From the NCBI GenBank assembly GCA_044220955.1, contig JBGAQA010000132.1, positions 1 to 15,821 on the forward strand: 15,821 bases of DNA, written 5' to 3'. This DNA comes from Sandaracinaceae bacterium (lineage in GTDB: Bacteria > Myxococcota_A > Polyangia > Polyangiales > Sandaracinaceae). A program made the translations under genes and the position numbers. The notes beneath the pieces were generated by a model. The model ran no database searches. It was not told where the DNA came from and worked only from the letters and a program-made list of their open reading frames with translations. Shown in pieces: positions 15,477 through 15,821 of this stretch (position 1 is the stretch's first letter; each line of letters starts with the position of its first letter).

Positions 15477-15787
15477 CGCGTCAGCTTCACCAGGACGCCG
15501 ATCACGTGGTCGAGCCGGCTCCTCACGCCGGCGTCGACGCGCGCGTACCCGAGCGCCTCGGCCACGTCGAGGCAGGCGCCGACCTCCCTGGCCGAGCCGA
15601 GCGCCGTGAGCCGCCGCTGACGCCGGTTGCCGCCCTGCGCCCCGTCGCTCTCCGCCAGGTTGAGCGGCACGCTGGTCACCGCGCGCCGGAGCTGGTCGAG
15701 CAAGTTCCGATCGAACCGCGCAACCTGTTCGCCGATCGCCCGGACATCGCGGCAGAGCTGAATCGAGACGAGATAGATGTCGAGCAT
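15473..15787 (-). CDS. Four-helix-bundle protein (23S rRNA IVS-encoded-like / Avd-like fold)
   Basis: DQLRRAVTSVPLNLAES.G...GNRRQR...ALGSAREV.ACLDVAEALGY signature; 104 aa; GGAG RBS at 15797-15800. Confidence 0.92.
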   Translation of the reverse strand: MLDIYLVSIQLCRDVRAIGEQVARFDRNLLDQLRRAVTSVPLNLAESDGAQGGNRRQRRLTALGSAREVGACLDVAEALGYARVDAGVRSRLDHVIGVLVKLTR

Positions 15788-15821
15788 GAGCGTCTTCTCC
15801 GTGCAGGTGCCCCGACCTGCT

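Noticed and set aside
14509..15609. ORFs reading through tract 4 as poly-LS/SP, poly-LA, poly-RA or poly-ES proteins
   Set aside because: The hexamer has no stop in any frame, so open frames are expected. No independent coding signal flanks the tract apart from the pseudogene fragments.
15187..15821. Diversity-generating retroelement or 23S rRNA intervening sequence suggested by the four-helix-bundle protein
   Set aside because: No reverse transcriptase, no TR/VR pair differing at adenines and no rRNA sequence in the window. Sequence beyond the right edge cannot be assessed.

Overview
Very GC-rich bacterial chromosomal DNA (about three-quarters G+C by eye). The DAG/PDA-rich lipoproteins, zinc-ribbon Ser/Thr kinase and ferritin-like protein suggest Myxococcota, possibly Polyangia/Sandaracinus-like (inference). 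Recognisable genes: glyA, a large U32/RlhA-type Fe-S hydroxylase, a DUF952 protein, a ferritin-like di-iron protein, a membrane Ser/Thr kinase, a V4R/ATC-hydrolase-like protein, a YfaP/DUF2135-like protein, Sua5, an SDR and a four-helix-bundle protein, plus five putative lipoproteins. Three likely genes are not called as such in the ORF track: <1..812 (-), 6088..6354 (+) and 12739..12909 (-). Most unusual features: (1) four co-oriented CTCG(CC/CT/AC) hexamer tracts, one in-frame inside the U32 gene, one replacing the Sua5 C-terminus, two abutting stop codons and one beside a deleted, frameshifted four-helix-bundle copy facing an intact copy; (2) a translationally coupled DUF952 / 88-aa acidic lipoprotein with hydrophobic tail / di-iron enzyme operon, a candidate peptide-modification system; (3) two tandem lipoproteins with related PDA[FYW]xx stalks and different head domains; (4) recurring leaderless-type promoter geometry. 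No rRNA, tRNA, CRISPR, transposase or integrase was seen.
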